Positions 24,602 to 25,830 of a stretch of DNA of 25,830 bases are shown here, one piece after another. Source of the DNA: Candidatus Hodarchaeota archaeon (GTDB lineage: Archaea > Asgardarchaeota > Heimdallarchaeia > Hodarchaeales > Hodarchaeaceae); NCBI GenBank assembly GCA_016839785.1, contig JAEOTQ010000187.1, positions 1 through 25,830 of the forward strand. Reading direction: 5' to 3'. Under the pieces are notes generated by a model that was not told the origin of the DNA, ran no database searches, and saw only the letters and a program-made list of their open reading frames with translations. Position 1 is the stretch's first letter. Each line of letters starts with the position of its first letter. A program made the translations under genes and the position numbers.

Positions 24602-25735
24602 ATGAAAGTATGCGGCTTAGATGTTCATAAATCCCGCTGTTGGGTGCATATTCGGGACGAGAATGGTGTAATTTGTGAAACCACCTTTTTACGGACTCCT
24701 GAAGGCCTTGAGACACTATACACATTAGTATCAGACCATCAAGTAACAAAAATTGTGATGGAATCTACCAACAGTTACTGGCTTCCGATTTATCGGTTAC
24801 TACATAAAAATTTTGACTGTTATGTCATTAACGCGTACCAAAGAAAGGTACTCGGCAAACATAAAACAGATACTCGCGATGCAGAAGATCTTGCACGTTG
24901 GGGACTGTTAGATGTCGTTACTGCTTCGTACGTCCCATCTTTAGAAATTCAAGAGCTACGACAACTAGTACGCACTAGAACGAATGTACTCCAAACTAGG
25001 ACGGCCGTTGTCAGTCAGCTCAAAGCTCTACTGGAAGGTCAATGCTCTGGGCTCACTAGTGAATTGAAAAGCCTTGAAAGCAAGTATGCACAACTATATC
25101 TGCATGACTGGCGTAAATCTCATCCACAGCCTTCCTTCCAAGACTGGATTAGTCTGCAATCTCACACCAGTACCCGTGAAGCGCTTCTTAGACGTAAAAA
25201 AGTTCTTAGTTATTGGTGGGAACGACCTTTGTCTTCATCCATGCAAAGTCTAGTAGATCTTCATCTGAGACAGTATGAATTTTACAGTCAAGAAATAAAA
25301 AATTTAGATAAGCTCATTAGTGATGTTGTTAGGAGTTCAGGTCTTCAAAAAACAGTAGATCTTATGCAATCTATACCTGGACTAGGATTCATTACTTGTA
25401 CCACTGTAGCATGCGAGCTAGGTTCTTCTAACAGATTTAGAACAGGTCGTGAAGCAGCTGCAAGCTGTGGTTTAACTCCTCGACTCCATGGGTCAGCAGG
25501 TCGGATCAGATCAGGACGAATCACCAAACATGGTCCAAGTAGTGTACGAAGAGCTCTGTATATCACCTGTAAGACTGTAATTCAGCGTTCACCATGGCAT
25601 CGTGACTTTTTCCAGCGTATTAAGAGTCGACGAGGAGGAATGATAGCATTAGTCGCTCTCTGTCGGAAGTTAGTTGAGTTATGTTGGAAACTCTGGCACA
25701 CAAATACGGCCTATCGATGTAATATTTCTAATTGA
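24602..25735 (+). CDS. IS110-family transposase/recombinase
   Basis: DEDD domain CGLDVHK, VMEST, KTDTRDA; coiled-coil LRQLVRTR; C-terminal SIPGLG and GLTPRLHGSAG (catalytic Ser), RITKHG, ALCRKL. Start ATG 24602. Confidence 0.95.
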   Translation: MKVCGLDVHKSRCWVHIRDENGVICETTFLRTPEGLETLYTLVSDHQVTKIVMESTNSYWLPIYRLLHKNFDCYVINAYQRKVLGKHKTDTRDAEDLARWGLLDVVTASYVPSLEIQELRQLVRTRTNVLQTRTAVVSQLKALLEGQCSGLTSELKSLESKYAQLYLHDWRKSHPQPSFQDWISLQSHTSTREALLRRKKVLSYWWERPLSSSMQSLVDLHLRQYEFYSQEIKNLDKLISDVVRSSGLQKTVDLMQSIPGLGFITCTTVACELGSSNRFRTGREAAASCGLTPRLHGSAGRIRSGRITKHGPSSVRRALYITCKTVIQRSPWHRDFFQRIKSRRGGMIALVALCRKLVELCWKLWHTNTAYRCNISN

Positions 25736-25830
25736 GGTTTCATGACAACTAATCTTTTTGGTGATGTTTTCTGTTAGCGGAGCCTCTCTTTTACCGTTTC
25801 GTTGCCCTTAGAGAAAAAAAAGAAAGAAGA

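Larger units (their letters stand above)
24340..25830 (+). mobile_element. IS110-family insertion sequence; boundaries approximate
   Basis: Intact transposase plus a structured upstream non-coding end; no terminal inverted repeats or target duplication found, as expected for IS110. Confidence 0.7.

Noticed and set aside
1-25830. tRNA, rRNA or CRISPR arrays; remaining shadow ORFs (4526, 9457, 14739, 17956, 19126, 21444, 23563, 25345)
   Set aside because: No such RNA genes or arrays were seen by eye; the listed ORFs are antisense to well-supported genes.

Overview
AT-rich archaeal DNA. It is probably from an Asgard archaeon (Heimdallarchaeia/Hodarchaeales-like); this is inferred from the TFB gene, a TPSF-TM-basic C-terminal sorting signal, a membrane zinc-ribbon protein and bacterial-type MetK/PFK. 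The left ~16 kb is mostly housekeeping: a truncated CopA-type HMA protein with an unusual N-terminal metal-binding repeat and a divergent Lrp-TRASH regulator, a BMP-mtnP-metK run, ferredoxin plus a phytoene-desaturase-like flavoprotein, PPi-type PFK, a membrane-anchored subtilase-WD40 fusion, hflX, an HTH regulator, tfb and yjbQ. The right ~9.5 kb looks like a DNA-modification island. It holds two divergent TGT-fold (DpdA-like) genes around a YaaA/DUF6884-like (possibly DpdC-like) gene, an internally duplicated Mod-like methyltransferase with one dead and one live copy, and a nuclease-less Eco57I-like methyltransferase. An IS110 element borders it, and its upstream non-coding region folds like a two-loop bridge RNA. 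All family calls come from reading motifs by eye; no searches were run.
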